DNA from: Candidatus Hydrogenedentota bacterium
GTDB taxonomy: Bacteria > Hydrogenedentota > Hydrogenedentia > Hydrogenedentales > SLHB01
Reading direction: 5' to 3'
Assembly (NCBI GenBank): GCA_034408725.1
Contig: JAWXCN010000265.1
Coordinates: forward strand, 1 to 19,453
DNA length: 19,453 nucleotides
The position numbers were made by a program, and so were the translations under genes. Under the pieces are notes generated by a model. The model searched no databases. It was not told where the DNA came from and saw only the letters and a list, made by a program, of their open reading frames with translations. Shown one piece after another: positions 17,079 through 19,453 of this stretch (position 1 is its first letter; every line of letters begins with the position of its first letter).

Positions 17079-17103
17079 GTAGCGCCCGGCTTCCGCGCCG
17101 GGC
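17079..17103 (+). repeat. REP-like palindrome (GTAG type)
   Basis: GTAG-C-GCCCGGC-TTCCGC-GCCGGGC; a degenerate inverted partner (...GGGGCGCTC) lies near 17112-17132. Confidence 0.55.
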
Positions 17104-17201
17104 AAAATTCATGCTGGCAACGCGGGGCGCTCTCTATGTAAACTCTGGGGCAGGGGAAGCATTACGAAAAACAAACCATCGTCAACCAAGGAGAACCAGA
17201 C

Positions 17202-17312
17202 ATGGGCGACACAGGAAAAAAAGACAAAGGTAAAAGAGAGACACAGAAAAAGGCCGTGCATACGCTAAAGGAAAAACGCAAAATCAAAAGCGACAAAAAG
17301 AAAAAACAATAA
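17202..17312 (+). CDS. Small Lys-rich protein, 36 aa (MGDTGKKDKGKRETQKKAVHTLKEKRKIKSDKKKKQ)
   Basis: Below the ORF-track cutoff. AAGGAG at 17188-17193, 8 nt before the ATG; TAA at 17310-17312; intrinsic terminator directly after. Confidence 0.8.
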   Translation: MGDTGKKDKGKRETQKKAVHTLKEKRKIKSDKKKKQ

Positions 17313-17328
17313 CCCAGTAACGTCGGAC

Positions 17329-17374
17329 AACCTTACGGCACCACCACAACGGTGCTGTAGGGTTTTTCATTTTT
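17329..17374 (+). terminator. Rho-independent terminator
   Basis: 14-bp stem AACCTTACGGCACC / GGTGCTGTAGGGTT (two G-U pairs), 8-nt loop, then TTTCATTTTT. Confidence 0.8.
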
Positions 17375-17619
17375 AGACAGCAATAGCACCCGCGACGACG
17401 CATGTCATGAACAATTGAAGAAACCTTCCGCCGGTCAAGAAGCTCGCCACGGGCAATTGGTATCCGGTTTCGGGTTTGCGTGCGAGCCGTCCGAGAATCA
17501 ACACTGCCACAACGTCGAATTTCTATTCGGGCGCGCGCGCGTCCTCGCGCGCTGCCACTGCCAAATCGCACGCACCGCGTTTGCCAATTCCTGTCCGCCC
17601 CGCAAAGCCGTATTATGCA

Positions 17620-17648
17620 TTGACAGAAATAGATAAATTGCGTAGCAT
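17620..17648 (+). promoter_or_regulatory. Sigma70-type promoter
   Basis: TTGACA (17620-17625), 17 nt spacer, TAGCAT (17643-17648), upstream of a GGGAGG SD and ATG 17681. Confidence 0.75.
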
Positions 17649-17680
17649 GATCGGGGCTAACTAAGGGAGGGATCGCAGCA

Positions 17681-18058
17681 ATGGCAAATGCCAACGGATA
17701 CGTAAGGGTGTATGAATCAACTGATGGCGGCACGGGCAAGCCGGAAGACACGACCTGGATGTTTTTTGTCGGAGCGGATTCATTCGCAACGGCCAACCCG
17801 TTTCATGCAGAGACCATTCGATTCGCGATTAAAACCAACAACCGGGTGATGGTCACGTATGATGAAACGAACAAGTCTATTTCGCAAGTCCGAATGGAAT
17901 TCAGCTACATCTGCCAGGAGCATGAATTCCGTCCCTGTCGTCCGGATGATGCTGGCGACAACCCGCTACCACCGAAAACCATTTGCGAAACGTATCGGTA
18001 TCAACCTTGCGTTCCGCGAGAACTGGAGAAACTCTTGCCGACACGTTCTCCGGTGTGA
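17681..18058 (+). CDS. Hypothetical protein with a duplicated Cys motif
   Basis: Own promoter and SD; 125 aa; ICQEHEFRPC and ICETYRYQPC. Confidence 0.75.
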   Translation: MANANGYVRVYESTDGGTGKPEDTTWMFFVGADSFATANPFHAETIRFAIKTNNRVMVTYDETNKSISQVRMEFSYICQEHEFRPCRPDDAGDNPLPPKTICETYRYQPCVPRELEKLLPTRSPV

Positions 18059-18074
18059 AACATCGTGAATTGAC

Positions 18075-19097
18075 TTACACGCCGGGCACCGACATGCGTT
18101 GCACGAGCGGATCCCTGATCGTGTTCATACGTTCAAGGATCCTCTCGCGCAGTTTCCTCTGAATTTCCGCGTGCTCGGATTTGCCGATCAGGTTCACCGT
18201 TTCGCCAGGGTCTTTGTCGAGGTGATAAAGCTCGTCCTTGCCGGTGTTCTTGAAGTCGATCATCAATTTCCACTCCGGCGTGCGGACCATCCGCATGTCA
18301 GCCTCGGCCGTGTGGTGCATGCTGTACTCGCCGTAAAAAGAATCGTCCCACGCTACCGGCTTACCCAACAACATCGGCGAAAAATCGCGGCCATGAATAC
18401 CGGGCGATTCGTGCTCCACTCCAGCCAAAGCCAACAATGACGGATACCAATCCAGATTCGTCACGCATCTTTCCATCGTAGTTCCAGCCTTGATTCGCGC
18501 CGGCCAGCGAACCGCCACGGGCACCCGCAATGACGTATCAAACATGTTCGGCCGCTTCACCTCCGCCTGATCCTCGCTCACCCCGCGAAACGCCTTCGTG
18601 AGCCAACTCGCGTTGCCCTTGTGCAAAATTCCGTGCTGCCCCACGTTGTATCCATGATCGCTCGTGAACACCACGATGGTGTTCTCCGCCAACTTCAACT
18701 CATCCAGCAGCGCCATCACCCGCCCCACGTTCCTGTCCACGCCCGAAACACTCTCCAGATAATCGCGCATCAATTCGTCCACGCGCTCTACATCCAAATC
18801 GGGAAACTCCGGATTCGGTATCGTCAACTTCTTGTCCTTGTACGGCGCTTCATCCTCCGCCGCGTGCGGTGGCCACGGACGATGCGGCGACCGGTGATGA
18901 ATCGACAGCATGAACGGCTGCGCACCCGCGTGCGCGCGAATAAAGTCCAGTCCAAGATCGGTGATCACGTCAACAGTCAGACCTTGCACTATCTTTTTCT
19001 CGCCATCGATTTCCAACTCCGGGTTCTCAACCTTCGCGCCGCCGATACGGAACCCTGCGAAATGTTGATAGCCAAACACCGAAGGGTGGAACTTCCG
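18075..19097 (-). pseudogene. Sulfatase, 5'-truncated
   Basis: PFMLSIHHRSPHRPW, NTIVVFTSDHG, RVPVAVRWP, ELYHLDKDPGETVNL. Similarity begins at KFHPSVFGY directly after an in-frame TGA (19098-19100); the CxPxR catalytic motif and GKWHLG are absent. Confidence 0.85.
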
Positions 19098-19192
19098 TCA
19101 TTGTCACCTATCCGTTTTTGTTCAAGAGCCTAAACTAGGAGTTTCGGCTTGGCAGAAAAGGGAATGAGCATGGTGATTAAAGGAGTGGCCTT

Positions 19193-19453
19193 ATGGGTAC
19201 GTTTTTGAAGAGTATTTGTCTCTTGACCGTTCTATTTTTGGGAGCGCCGGAATATGTGTTTGGTCAGTCTAAACAATATCAACGGCCAAAACCAATACCG
19301 TCTGCGAAGTCTGGTGTACCAGCTAAGGGTGCTGGTTCGCCTCAGAAGTCGCAAGATCTCAATGCTACGGACTCTGTGCCGAGTAGTGAAAAATCAGTCG
19401 GCGAGAGATCAACAGATAAAAAAGTGGATATTACAGACTTAGAGAAAAAATAC
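19193..19453 (+). CDS. Secreted hypothetical protein, runs off window end
   Basis: AAGGAG SD, ATG 19193, open to the end: MGTFLKSICLLTVLFLGAPEYVFGQSKQYQRPKPIPSAKSG...; signal-peptide-like N-terminus; AT-richer DNA. Confidence 0.7.
   Translation, partial: MGTFLKSICLLTVLFLGAPEYVFGQSKQYQRPKPIPSAKSGVPAKGAGSPQKSQDLNATDSVPSSEKSVGERSTDKKVDITDLEKKY

Noticed and set aside
17375-17610. Possible gene or ncRNA in the gap (ORFs 17284..17796 -, 17415..17636 +; a GRTGIGK P-loop-like string on the minus strand)
   Set aside because: No convincing start signals, an in-frame stop follows the string, and no recognisable RNA structure.
19254-19442. 62-aa plus-strand ORF
   Set aside because: Out-of-frame overlap with the better-supported ORF from 19193, which has an SD and signal peptide.

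Overview
Bacterial chromosomal window, fairly GC-rich. An H-X9/10-DG pilin-like remnant resembles proteins I associate with Candidatus Hydrogenedentota or Planctomycetota-like lineages, but this is inference only. Left half, minus strand: ROK sugar kinase (partial), gltX, a decayed DUF5674 + partner gene pair, panB-panC-panD, and folK. The panB 5' leader carries a tandem pan-motif-like RNA structure, with an extra helix that covers the panB Shine-Dalgarno. An RDD-like membrane gene sits on the plus strand between folK and panB. Middle, plus strand: ferric-reductase/MsrQ-like membrane protein, AhpD/CMD protein, a frameshifted DUF1080-LamG protein and a hypothetical gene. Then a 3D-domain lipoprotein and a BlaI-family repressor with a 1385-aa BlaR1/M56 sensor whose outer part is HEAT repeats plus a SecD-head-like domain; its promoter and palindromic operator are visible. 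Right end: three REP-like palindromes, a truncated pilin-like gene, a secreted BNR-like protein, an unannotated 36-aa Lys-rich gene with a terminator, a Cys-repeat hypothetical, and a sulfatase cut at its 5' end by AT-richer DNA encoding a secreted protein that runs off the window.
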